Shown here: piece by piece, positions 17,051 to 26,662 of the stretch
Numbering within the stretch: the stretch's first letter is position 1
Layout of the letters: the number at the start of each line of letters is the position of its first letter
From: a virus
Lineage: Duplodnaviria; Caudoviricetes
IMG/VR virus record: IMGVR_UViG_3300033073_000492
Coordinates: 10,991 to 74,990 of that record
DNA: 64,000 nt
Strand: one strand, 5' to 3'
Notes under the pieces: model-generated
The model's input: only the letters and a program-made list of their open reading frames with translations
Told to the model about the DNA's origin: nothing
Databases searched by the model: none
Made by a program: the position numbers and the translations under genes

Positions 17051-18026
17051 ATAGTTTCTTTGCAAATAAGTCATGTCCCTTAGCACTTGGGTGTGCGCAG
17101 GATGTTACCCACAAGTTGGGGCTGGCTTTTCCTAGATAATTAAAGAAATATTCTGGATTTTCCTCTTGATTAACAACTAAATCAACAAACGTTTCATAGT
17201 TATCAGGGTAGAACATATTGTCCCAAGGCCATAACTCTACTAAACTATCAATATAGGGTTCGTTGACTACTTTTTTAACGTCTATAATCTCTCCTTCCAT
17301 ATTACGCTCATACTTCTTCATCAAGCACTCTTTAAAGTATTCACGGGTATATCGTTTGTCGAATGCTGGGGTAATGATTAGTTTAGCATTCTTGTTTTCA
17401 CACCATGTCTTTAGTTCTTGTACGTTGCTCAACTGTTCTAATACTTCATGCTTGTCACTAAAGATATGCTCTGCATAACCCTTCCACAATGTATGTCTAG
17501 GGCCTTTTGGAATATCTTTATAATGAGGCCAAATACAACGCCAGTGTGCGTGATCCATCCAATTATCATACGCAAAGTCGAAACGCTCTAGTCCACTGGG
17601 GGCAAATATAACAATTGTTTCTTTAACCAAGTCCCATTTAACTTCAGGATGAAAGTATAATTCTTTAATAGTTCCTCTGTTACCGTTACCCCGCATGCCC
17701 AAGTTAATATGAGCATACTCACCCTTAAAGTATTTGTCGGCTAACACTTCCCCGAACGCATTACTATACTCCATGAATGTAAAGTCTAGTTTATCTTGAA
17801 ACCCTGGCTCTACGATAGGATACTTTGCTAGTATCTCTTTACGTTGTTCTTTAGTAGGGCGTAGTTCTAATGGAACTCCTAGTCTTTCAAAGTGCCATGT
17901 ATAGTCTGTGTATAACTCATCGTTCACAGCACCCTGTCCCTGCACAAAGGAACAGCCCATAGTTATAATAACTTTGCCAGTTTCTTCTATTTTCTTGTTA
18001 ATCTTTGGTATCTGTTGTCTGTACAT
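17028..18026 (-). CDS. SGNH-like hypothetical protein
   Basis: GCSFVQG, NLGMRGNGN, C-terminal HPSAKGH. Confidence 0.55.
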   Translation of the reverse strand: MYRQQIPKINKKIEETGKVIITMGCSFVQGQGAVNDELYTDYTWHFERLGVPLELRPTKEQRKEILAKYPIVEPGFQDKLDFTFMEYSNAFGEVLADKYFKGEYAHINLGMRGNGNRGTIKELYFHPEVKWDLVKETIVIFAPSGLERFDFAYDNWMDHAHWRCIWPHYKDIPKGPRHTLWKGYAEHIFSDKHEVLEQLSNVQELKTWCENKNAKLIITPAFDKRYTREYFKECLMKKYERNMEGEIIDVKKVVNEPYIDSLVELWPWDNMFYPDNYETFVDLVVNQEENPEYFFNYLGKASPNLWVTSCAHPSAKGHDLFAKKLYEFITKQ

Positions 18027-18027
18027 A

Positions 18028-19362
18028 TTAATCCTTAAAGTAATTACTGATAGTAACCATTGATTTAGGTACTCTCATAATACTATTACGCTTGAGTTTG
18101 TCATAATTAAACTCTAATATCTCTTTCATCCCGTTAAACCATTCAAGTCTTTCACTAACGGGTATTGCTTTTATCTTCTTTAGACTATCAATGATAGCGT
18201 CTAACCGTTCCCAGCATTCTAGTTCATCGTATGATTCGTCTATATAGGGGTGAAACGTTTTGTATCCTAGCTCTTTTAAATAATGTAGTGAATACTTGTT
18301 ACCAAAGATAATGAATGGATGCATCCCAGCAATGGGTTTAAAAGACTTCTCACTGATAAAGCAAGTATCTTCCCCAAAGCTGGCTTCGCTGATAACTGAT
18401 ACCCAACTATCTAACATAATATCTTCGTTGAATCGCATCTGATACTTACCAGAGTCTTGGTCTTCAAAGATAGCTAGTTCTTCATCGTTCTTTTCAGTAG
18501 TGGGAGGGAGCATGGGTAATAGTTTGCTGATATTATCATAGCTAGACTTGTCCATGATTCTACCCATATAATAAGTATTTTCCCAGGGTAAGTCGTTCAT
18601 ACTATTCAACCCATCATGTAACAAGTTGTTTTCAACTAGTTCTTTGAACATCCATATACGATGCGCTCTAGGACGCTTCTGCAAACAGTTATATACTTTG
18701 ATATCTTCCAAGTGTTCTGTCTTATATTGTAAATGCTCATGGAATCTGGGCAATGCTGGGATATTATCTATTCTAACTCTGTTAATAGCACTATTAAACA
18801 CAGCATTCTCAAAATGTGCGTGGCTAATCATGTCTATCTTGTCTGTTACTTGTTTTTCTTCACAGTATATGTTATATTTGCGCCCAATATCCATATCGCC
18901 CGTGACATATAACACTTGTTTAGGATTAATCTGATAATGTTCTAGTGATTCATGGAACCAATCAAACACCCAGTCATATTGATAGCCCTCATGTGATTGG
19001 TCTAACAATAGAAACGCTTTACCCGAACGTAAATCTCGTAAGTATGTTGGATTCAAGTGTTCAAACACGTTCTTAATATCAAAGTTACATGTGTCTACAA
19101 ACTTATCTCCCAGGGGACCGCACCAATCGTATGGGCTATGTGTTACACCCGATGGAATAATATACTTGTCGAACTCAAATGGATTGTCGCTTACTTTAAC
19201 TGTAGAGAAATCTACGTTCATAAACTTATCCTTCACTATATTATAGCGAATCATTGTTGTTACAACAGGGCTAGGGGTAAATCTATAGATACCCGATGGG
19301 TTCATGTCCTTACAGTTAGTAAAGTTCTCATAACTCTCTAATCGTTCAAATACAAAATTCAT
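18028..19362 (-). CDS. Hypothetical protein, GT-B/fucosyltransferase-like C-terminal domain
   Basis: CLQKRPRAHR; VISEASF...ISEKSFKPI...HPFII...LKELGYKTF...IDESYD. Confidence 0.55.
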   Translation of the reverse strand: MNFVFERLESYENFTNCKDMNPSGIYRFTPSPVVTTMIRYNIVKDKFMNVDFSTVKVSDNPFEFDKYIIPSGVTHSPYDWCGPLGDKFVDTCNFDIKNVFEHLNPTYLRDLRSGKAFLLLDQSHEGYQYDWVFDWFHESLEHYQINPKQVLYVTGDMDIGRKYNIYCEEKQVTDKIDMISHAHFENAVFNSAINRVRIDNIPALPRFHEHLQYKTEHLEDIKVYNCLQKRPRAHRIWMFKELVENNLLHDGLNSMNDLPWENTYYMGRIMDKSSYDNISKLLPMLPPTTEKNDEELAIFEDQDSGKYQMRFNEDIMLDSWVSVISEASFGEDTCFISEKSFKPIAGMHPFIIFGNKYSLHYLKELGYKTFHPYIDESYDELECWERLDAIIDSLKKIKAIPVSERLEWFNGMKEILEFNYDKLKRNSIMRVPKSMVTISNYFKD

Positions 19363-20150
19363 TTTCTACTCCATTGTTCGGGGTCTTGCCCACTAACTTG
19401 GCTTCTACGCTCTATTAGTTTCAATACTTCCTCATTGTTTTCCTGCTCTTTGCTGGGACTAAACAATGCTCTGTTTCTATCTGTAGCGGTATTATCTGGC
19501 TTTTGTAGATAATATACTGCCATGCTTTGTCTACATTCGTTCTGTGGGAACTTGTTGGGTACTTCTAAGCCGTGCCATGAGTTACCCGTAGTATCAAATA
19601 TAACTGCTCTATTGAATAAGGGTTCTACTAACTTAACACAGTCTTTGGGCTTGTTATTCTCACTAGACCATAAGCCTAATTCTCCGCCCCATCCACTCTG
19701 ATAATTCTCATTCAAGTATATAATTAAGTTATATTTACGTTGCAGTTTCAATTTGGGGTGAATAGAATAGTCTAAGTGTACGTTTAACTTGCCCCCGCTA
19801 GGATGAATATGCCATCCGCCACCGTGCAATCCATTATCATTATATAAAGGACCTGACCCAGTTAATGTGCTAATCAATAACATAAAGTCTTTACTATTAA
19901 GATAGTCAAAGGCTCTATATGTTGTCTCGGGGAAACGGTCCCAGATATTGCACGTTTTCTTGACCTCTATTTCATTAAAGTATTTGCCATTATAAACGTC
20001 TGTTTCATAGTCAGCAAAGTCTCTAGCTAACTGTTTAGCAATATCTAATTCAAAGAAGTTATCAATAACTGCGTGGGGGAACGGACTATTGTCCTTAAAG
20101 TTATCAAATGATTGTTTTAAATTGTCTATATTAATCAAATCGCTAACCAC
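19359..20150 (-). CDS. 2OG-Fe(II) oxygenase (prolyl-4-hydroxylase-like)
   Basis: PFPHAVIDNF, LHGGG, HLD (HxD), WHG, distal R. Confidence 0.9.
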   Translation of the reverse strand: MVSDLINIDNLKQSFDNFKDNSPFPHAVIDNFFELDIAKQLARDFADYETDVYNGKYFNEIEVKKTCNIWDRFPETTYRAFDYLNSKDFMLLISTLTGSGPLYNDNGLHGGGWHIHPSGGKLNVHLDYSIHPKLKLQRKYNLIIYLNENYQSGWGGELGLWSSENNKPKDCVKLVEPLFNRAVIFDTTGNSWHGLEVPNKFPQNECRQSMAVYYLQKPDNTATDRNRALFSPSKEQENNEEVLKLIERRSQVSGQDPEQWSRK

Positions 20151-21160
20151 CTATCGTTACGCAATGTCCATTGAATTACTTCTTCTAATCGTTTCTCAAT
20201 GGGTTGGGGTGTCCAGCCCATGTCTTTCATCTTAGAACCATCTAGTGCATAACGTAAGTCATGCCCTGGGCGACTGCTATGAAAGTCTTGTAATTCAAAG
20301 TTTAAGGGCTTGTCTTGTACGTCTGCTATGAACTTGGCTAATGATAAGTTATCCATTTCAGTAGAGCCTACAATGTTAAACTTCTGACACTTTGCACCCG
20401 TTGGGTCGATGGGTAATGAACTAATATTATACTTTAACAAGAACATTAGCGCATCCGCGACATCCTTAGCATGGATATAATGTCTAGAGCCAGCTTTAGT
20501 TCGTTCTGGATTACTGTGTACAAATATCTTTTGATTGTCTCTGACACGTTTAATACACATGGGAATATACTTTTCTGGGTGTTGTCTTTCCCCGAATACA
20601 TTCATGGTGTGAGTAATAATACAAGGTAATTTATATGTATTTTCATACGCTACAACCATTTCTTCTGCGGCTGCTTTACTAGCACTATAAGGGTTTGTAC
20701 TATTATATCTGTCGTTTTCTTTATATTTGATATCGTCGGGTGCGGGACCAAAGATTTCGTCTGTACTGAAATAGACAAACCGTTCTAAGTTGTCAATCTT
20801 TCTAGCATAGTCCATTAAGTTAACTGTGCCCACAACGTTATCCATAACGAATTCCATAGGGTAACTGATACTTCTATCAACGTGACTACCCGCGGCTAAG
20901 TGAGCAATGATATCTACTTTGCCAATATGACTAATGATTTGTGGATTTAATTCTGCTTTTAAGTCGTGATGCACAATGCGTACACGCTTTCTAGTCTTTT
21001 CAGGGTAACTTACTACAACTTCGTGCAGTCTGTTTAAGTTCCCTGAATAGTCTAGTCTGTCTAATGTAACAATATTCCAATCTGTTTCAGCCAGAATAGT
21101 GTCGATAACGTGATGGGCGATAAATCCTGCGCCCCCAGTGATTAATATGGTCTTGCTCAT
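20135..21160 (-). CDS. NDP-sugar 4,6-dehydratase (RmlB/RfbB-like extended SDR)
   Basis: ITGGAGFIA, HLAA.SHVDRS, STDEIFG, YSASK, RPGHDLRYA. Confidence 0.9.
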   Translation of the reverse strand: MSKTILITGGAGFIAHHVIDTILAETDWNIVTLDRLDYSGNLNRLHEVVVSYPEKTRKRVRIVHHDLKAELNPQIISHIGKVDIIAHLAAGSHVDRSISYPMEFVMDNVVGTVNLMDYARKIDNLERFVYFSTDEIFGPAPDDIKYKENDRYNSTNPYSASKAAAEEMVVAYENTYKLPCIITHTMNVFGERQHPEKYIPMCIKRVRDNQKIFVHSNPERTKAGSRHYIHAKDVADALMFLLKYNISSLPIDPTGAKCQKFNIVGSTEMDNLSLAKFIADVQDKPLNFELQDFHSSRPGHDLRYALDGSKMKDMGWTPQPIEKRLEEVIQWTLRNDRWLAI

Positions 21161-21168
21161 GCATCTAT

Positions 21169-22545
21169 TTAAGATGCTTTGCACGTTTCCCAAAAGTTTT
21201 TCATCTCAGGGAATGTCTCTAAGAAGTTTACTTTTCTGCGTCTATCATACTCAGTGAACCAATTATAGAAGTCTCTGCGTCCCTCAATTACTTTTTGTTC
21301 ATCATAATTAACCGTAGCAAAGTAATCACGTACACGACGGAAACGTTCATACTCTAAGTCGCTGAACTTAGTTCTGTCGTTCTCGTCACGGTTATCATCA
21401 ATGAACTTTAATATCTCGTCAAAGTAGGGTAAGAACTCATCCTTGGGTAATATCTGCATATCATACTGTAATGGTTCTTTTAAGTATGGGGTATCAAAGC
21501 GAACCATTCTAGTATTGTCACCCTTAGGAAATACATCGTCATACTTCTTACGCCATTCTAATACTTTACCCAAGAAGTCTGTAAAGCTAGTAACAGAGAG
21601 GATATTGAACGTACACATGAACGCAATAGGGCTTTTAGTTCTAGTAATATATGTGTCAAAGTTCTGTTCCCAAACGTCTAATTTAAGTCCGGTTCTAATA
21701 TATTCAGCACGTTCATACCATGTGTCCATGCTAGTAAACAATTTAAATCGTTTAACTTTATTATTAGCAAGTAAATCATTGACATTATCAGCTAATCGTT
21801 CTACTAATTTAGGCTTTACCCCTAGATTACTATTCAAGTTTAGTTCTAAGTGTGGGCGGGGGTCTTCACGTAATTGGTCGAATAGTTTCCACGTTGTATT
21901 GTGCATTAAGGGTTCGCCACCCGTGACACGTAAGATATTCAATGTCTTTGACATTTCTGGCCACCATTTCCACCATGCATCTACATATGGATTACTATCT
22001 TCTTCATAGGGCTTGAACCAATCAATATCTAGTCTATGATTCTTCACAGTCTCATAGGGGCCATGCATCTTAATCTCAGTTTGAAAGCTGGTACTACTCA
22101 TTGGGTGACAGTAACCGCATTTGAAATTACATTCATTACTAAATGCAATCTCAATATACTCTGGGTTAATGTTTGTATTCCATGTACTGTTCTTAATCTG
22201 TTCAAATCGTTCTGGGGTATATATTGACTGGTTGCGGATATGTCTATCTGACACGTGAGTATCGGATAGTGCTTCTACGTTCCAGCAATATTGACAGCCC
22301 TCAGGCTTCTCACCCACTAGCATTTGCGCCCGTTCCTCTTTTTTGTGACGGGTATTATGTAATGCTGAAGGGTCTTTAACTATTTCCTCTAGTTCAATAT
22401 CATGCGGGCGTGGGTGATAGCAACTATGTGTCTGCCCCGTATGCAAGTAAATGCTTGTGTGATGCCATTTAGCCAAACAAAATGTTGGGCTAATCTCATT
22501 CATAATAGGAATGATTTTCTTAATTCTATCTGTTTCTGAATCCAT
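21169..22545 (-). CDS. Radical SAM protein, paralog of 14635-16137
   Basis: CLAKW...SCYHP, CQYCW, ECNFKCGYC, TGGEP. Confidence 0.9.
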   Translation of the reverse strand: MDSETDRIKKIIPIMNEISPTFCLAKWHHTSIYLHTGQTHSCYHPRPHDIELEEIVKDPSALHNTRHKKEERAQMLVGEKPEGCQYCWNVEALSDTHVSDRHIRNQSIYTPERFEQIKNSTWNTNINPEYIEIAFSNECNFKCGYCHPMSSTSFQTEIKMHGPYETVKNHRLDIDWFKPYEEDSNPYVDAWWKWWPEMSKTLNILRVTGGEPLMHNTTWKLFDQLREDPRPHLELNLNSNLGVKPKLVERLADNVNDLLANNKVKRFKLFTSMDTWYERAEYIRTGLKLDVWEQNFDTYITRTKSPIAFMCTFNILSVTSFTDFLGKVLEWRKKYDDVFPKGDNTRMVRFDTPYLKEPLQYDMQILPKDEFLPYFDEILKFIDDNRDENDRTKFSDLEYERFRRVRDYFATVNYDEQKVIEGRRDFYNWFTEYDRRRKVNFLETFPEMKNFWETCKAS

Positions 22546-23492
22546 TACCAACCTTCAATTTGTCTAATTACTTCCATCTCTGTTACCAGAGGACCTTTAT
22601 TTCTAAAGTCTGTTTTATAATGTCTTTTAAAGAACTTGCTCTGCTCACTATTCATATTAAGCATGGGTAAGTCCAGTTTATTTGATAACTCGTTACCAAT
22701 ATGTTGACCACTAGCTATAGGGTTATTGTCTTTAACCATGTCCCATAGTGTTTTAATATTCTCAAACCATTGAACGTTTCTAGGGTCCCAGTCTTCTAGC
22801 ATAGTCATCCAGGTGCCGTATCTTGCGCCGTATATTGCCCAGTCGCCATTCTCTACGTCTGTTCCTACATTGTGCCATATAGTTAAGTTGTCTAAGTTTC
22901 TGCTAGATACACGCTCTTTAAACTCACTGATAGAGGGCTTCATACCTCTATCTAAACTCATCTTTACACCCTCTCTGAATCCAGCACGCCATGCTTGAAA
23001 TGGGGTATAATTAGGGTACGTAGTTGAGTAGCAATCGTGCATACTCCAATAGATATTGTCTGTACTATCTAAGCAAAAGTCTACAGTAGTTGTATTGTCC
23101 CCGTCACTATGTTCGTGGGTTTTCATATTAGCAACATATTCTTTTGTCCAAGAACTTATTCCACCGTTGCCGTACATTAATCCATTGATTGAATTCTTTG
23201 CTCTCCAGCGATATTGTGCTTTATGATAGACTTCGCTCTTACCCGTATAGTCTAACTGAAGATTAAAGAAATCTTCGTTAGGCATATTGTCCCCGTCGAT
23301 TAGAATAAATCGTTCAGTATCAGAGGCTTCCCCGGCTGCCTTATGAGCCGCATCAGAGCCCTTAACACCGTCGACACGTCTGGCCCAGGGTACCATGTTC
23401 TTAATCTTGACCCAAAATTCTTCTTTCTGTGGTTCATCATAGCTCAAGTATATCACATCTAAGTCGGCTATGTCAATAATTTCAGAGGTCAT
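22545..23492 (-). CDS. GT-A-like hypothetical protein
   Basis: DVIYLSYDEP, GVKGSDAAH, LIDGDN (DxD), AWRAGFREGVKM. Confidence 0.65.
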   Translation of the reverse strand: MTSEIIDIADLDVIYLSYDEPQKEEFWVKIKNMVPWARRVDGVKGSDAAHKAAGEASDTERFILIDGDNMPNEDFFNLQLDYTGKSEVYHKAQYRWRAKNSINGLMYGNGGISSWTKEYVANMKTHEHSDGDNTTTVDFCLDSTDNIYWSMHDCYSTTYPNYTPFQAWRAGFREGVKMSLDRGMKPSISEFKERVSSRNLDNLTIWHNVGTDVENGDWAIYGARYGTWMTMLEDWDPRNVQWFENIKTLWDMVKDNNPIASGQHIGNELSNKLDLPMLNMNSEQSKFFKRHYKTDFRNKGPLVTEMEVIRQIEGW

Positions 23493-23823
23493 GTGTTACT
23501 AAATCCCATGTATTTGTTTTACCAGAATAATTACTATTAACTACAATATTGATATCTTCTATTGCGGTAGTTGTCCCTTTATCAGATAATTCAAGTCTGG
23601 TAACGTATGTACCTGTCTTATCTCTAACGATTTCCCCGTTCATTATCTTCAAGTCCGGTCTGCATTCTACATACGTTTCTCTGTCGATAACAATATACTT
23701 GCCCTCAAGTTTCTCACAAGTATAGCAAATAACATTGCCCTGGTCATCGTAATATAGTCTGAACTCAGGGGGCTGGGGCTGTTGTATCTCTATATAGAAG
23801 AATTCTTCATTAATAGTATCCAT
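23482..23823 (-). CDS. Hypothetical protein (113 aa)
   Basis: Coupled ORF in the operon. Confidence 0.75.
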   Translation of the reverse strand: MDTINEEFFYIEIQQPQPPEFRLYYDDQGNVICYTCEKLEGKYIVIDRETYVECRPDLKIMNGEIVRDKTGTYVTRLELSDKGTTTAIEDINIVVNSNYSGKTNTWDLVTHDL

Positions 23824-24538
23824 CTAGTACCTTTACAAAGTCTTTAACATGATAGTGAAATGGATACTTTTGAGGGAACCCGTTCACTCTGATTGTATCA
23901 GAAACTAACTCAGTAATCAACTCTTTTGTCCAATCATCGGACATTAAATTGTTGACAAACCGTTTCATATGTACCATACTCATATCAGTGAACGTGGGCA
24001 GTGTAGTCAATTCTACCCCGATAATATGACAAGCAATACTATATACAAAGTCAGTAGTAGCTGGCTCATCCGTTTCACACTTTAAGATTTTCTTATAGTC
24101 TTCCCAGTTTTGAAAGATATTATCTACTGTGTTAAAGAAATCTTCGGCTAACTCACTCTTTTTAAAGTATGTGATAGCGTTATATACGTCCGGGAGATTG
24201 TTATCGTCAATGAACTTTCTATATACTCTACAGTCAGATAGTTCACCCTTAAAGTCTCTGATATGAGAACTTACGACCAAGTCACGGTCTTTGAGTATAT
24301 CCCACCAATAACTAATATCACTAGTAATAACCATGTCACTTTCTAGTTTGATTGTATAGTCATAGGGTGACTTATTGTATACCTCTACGTCTGTACTGAA
24401 ACTGGGTAGTCCCTCAGTGATAATAGTCACTTGACTATCGGGCATATAATGTAAAATACTGTCACGTAGTTTCTCAGCACACTTAACATAGTCTGTTGTG
24501 TCCGAGTTTTGTGCCATGATTACAAACCCTCTATTCAT
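23810..24538 (-). CDS. Nucleotide-diphospho-sugar transferase-like protein
   Basis: Start MNRGFVIMAQ (ATGA overlap); SPYDYTIKLESDM. Confidence 0.65.
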   Translation of the reverse strand: MNRGFVIMAQNSDTTDYVKCAEKLRDSILHYMPDSQVTIITEGLPSFSTDVEVYNKSPYDYTIKLESDMVITSDISYWWDILKDRDLVVSSHIRDFKGELSDCRVYRKFIDDNNLPDVYNAITYFKKSELAEDFFNTVDNIFQNWEDYKKILKCETDEPATTDFVYSIACHIIGVELTTLPTFTDMSMVHMKRFVNNLMSDDWTKELITELVSDTIRVNGFPQKYPFHYHVKDFVKVLDGYY

Positions 24539-25338
24539 ATTAATTCCATATAATTCTTCTTGTTTAGCATGTGGAAGTCCATGTCTTTTATAGTTAGATA
24601 TTCTTTCTTTATCTTCCCACGCATCCAATTGTCATAGATTACAGTATATTGTGTATTGAATTCATCATTACTATCTCTGTAAACTGTTGTATTCTGCCCA
24701 ATATGAACTAGGTTCCAGGGTAGATAGTCACTATGTTGTTCTAAGTGACCGTTCACTATTCTGTTAGCTATCGTCAATGAATAGTCGTTACGATATAACC
24801 CGCCCACGAATCCATAGATATTAGCATAGTGATTATAATTCTGTTGAATCATGCCCATGCATTCAAATAACTGTTTACTACGTGATGACTTGTTAAAGCG
24901 CATAACTGTAGCCCATAGTGTAGGAAATGACTTGGAACTAATCATTTCTTGCTCTCTACCGTTAGGAAACATTAGAAAGCTAGTTGTTTTAGGACACACA
25001 AAGTCATCGCCCATTATAAACGTACTGGACAACAAGTTACTGTTAACCATGTAGTCGGTATCAATCACTAGAGTTTCATCGTAGGGTGTTAATTCATACG
25101 CACGATATCTACCCTTGTTGATCCAAACGTTCTTTTCTTTGATGTTAGATGTGTCGGCTTCTTGTATATAAACGTTGTCGAACTTATACTGATAACTGTC
25201 TACATCCGTGTTCATATCCGTAACTACTGATACGGGTAAGTCTAAGAAATGATTGATTCGTTTCGCTGTTGCTACAGCCATTTTAAAGTAGTCTGTACTT
25301 GGACTATTGAAAGCGAATAATAATGCGCCCTTCTTCAT
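24535..25338 (-). CDS. Nucleotide-diphospho-sugar transferase-like protein (GT-A)
   Basis: TPYDETLVIDTDY DxD motif; FRNDY-like YRNDY; paralog of the downstream gene. Confidence 0.7.
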   Translation of the reverse strand: MKKGALLFAFNSPSTDYFKMAVATAKRINHFLDLPVSVVTDMNTDVDSYQYKFDNVYIQEADTSNIKEKNVWINKGRYRAYELTPYDETLVIDTDYMVNSNLLSSTFIMGDDFVCPKTTSFLMFPNGREQEMISSKSFPTLWATVMRFNKSSRSKQLFECMGMIQQNYNHYANIYGFVGGLYRNDYSLTIANRIVNGHLEQHSDYLPWNLVHIGQNTTVYRDSNDEFNTQYTVIYDNWMRGKIKKEYLTIKDMDFHMLNKKNYMELI

Positions 25339-25640
25339 CTTTTGTTCTCTAGTTCCTTGTACTCACTAAACCATAATTGCATTGTGTCATTGTATGTTTT
25401 GTACAATACATCATGTAGTTTGATTCGATTCACCATGACTGGGTTCTCGAACGTGTCTATTAAGATTATAATTTCGTCAGTACTAGATGCTAAGAACCCG
25501 ATTAGTTCTGGGGTAACTTTCCACAAGCCACCTTGTTCGGCTACAGATAGTTTAGCCAAATATTTGTCTTTGAGATATTGTTTTGCTGAGTTGTGGCTAA
25601 AACGTGCTTTAGCCTCTTTGATAAGGTTTTCGGTATCCAT
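25335..25640 (-). CDS. Hypothetical protein, first gene of the modification locus
   Basis: SD GGAG; late-type CTAAATA at 25656-25662. Confidence 0.75.
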   Translation of the reverse strand: MDTENLIKEAKARFSHNSAKQYLKDKYLAKLSVAEQGGLWKVTPELIGFLASSTDEIIILIDTFENPVMVNRIKLHDVLYKTYNDTMQLWFSEYKELENKR

Positions 25641-25687
25641 AAACACTCCTGAGAGTATTTAGATGGATACCGAGCTGCCCGATTAAA

Positions 25688-26653
25688 TTATGCGCCAGTA
25701 ACTGAACCAGATACTGTGATAGAACCCCAAGTATTTGAGATGTAAGTTGATGCAGGTGGTCTAACTGTTAATGTAACAGTAGTGTTAGCCGCGATAGCTA
25801 AGTTGTCTGGAACTTCGTCTAATAATGTAGTGAATGTTAGTACAGAACCTGTATCACCATTGCCACCAACAGAACCGTTACTGCGTACTTTAACGTTCAA
25901 GTATGTAGCCAAATACTTAGCCAATCCGCTAGCGGCTACTTGGTTAAAGATATCTTGGTTAACTGATGTTAGAGCATAGTAACCCACGTTAGTACCGCGA
26001 GTCCAGTTAGTACCTTCAGTACCTAAACCACCTGTCTTTGTGACACCGTTGAACTGAGTGCCAGCAATGTTAACTGTACCGGAACTTGGTGCAGAGAAGT
26101 ATACAGTACCGCATGATGAGCATAGTGTATTAATCAAATCATTGATACCACCTAAGCCAGATGGGTGACTAAATGTTAATGCGATTTGACCGCCTGCGTT
26201 AAAGAAATAACGTGCGGCGTCACCACTTGCGAACGTAACAGTATGTGTGAAACTTAGATATTGTGTCCAGTTTGCAGTACCGTTAGTAGTTGTAGTTACA
26301 GATGTTGAACCTTGTGCTGCTGCATTGTTTCTACCGTTATAGATGTTAGTCAAGTTAGTAGGTAGTGCTGACAAATACATGATTGGCTGACCAGTAGATG
26401 GTGCAGTAATACTAGTTACAGCAGTACCTTGATGGCTCGCACAGTTAGCAGTAGTGTTGACTAAGTTAGCCCATTCACTTGCTCTAACGGGAGCGTCTTG
26501 TACAACTTGTCCTAAAGCAGTTTGACCATAGCCTTTGTTACTATTACCAGTAGACCAAACGGTGTTTAACACACCAGAAGTTGAACTGGTACTAGTACCG
26601 ACTAATGTATTATAGTCGGATGCTAAGATTGATTGATTGGCTGCGTAAGTCAT
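25688..26653 (-). CDS. Virion structural protein (Thr/Ser/Gly/Asn-rich, tail-associated)
   Basis: Beta-rich composition; ARYFFNAGG motif; lies in the late baseplate gene run. Confidence 0.65.
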   Translation of the reverse strand: MTYAANQSILASDYNTLVGTSTSSTSGVLNTVWSTGNSNKGYGQTALGQVVQDAPVRASEWANLVNTTANCASHQGTAVTSITAPSTGQPIMYLSALPTNLTNIYNGRNNAAAQGSTSVTTTTNGTANWTQYLSFTHTVTFASGDAARYFFNAGGQIALTFSHPSGLGGINDLINTLCSSCGTVYFSAPSSGTVNIAGTQFNGVTKTGGLGTEGTNWTRGTNVGYYALTSVNQDIFNQVAASGLAKYLATYLNVKVRSNGSVGGNGDTGSVLTFTTLLDEVPDNLAIAANTTVTLTVRPPASTYISNTWGSITVSGSVTGA

Positions 26654-26662
26654 TGTCTATCC

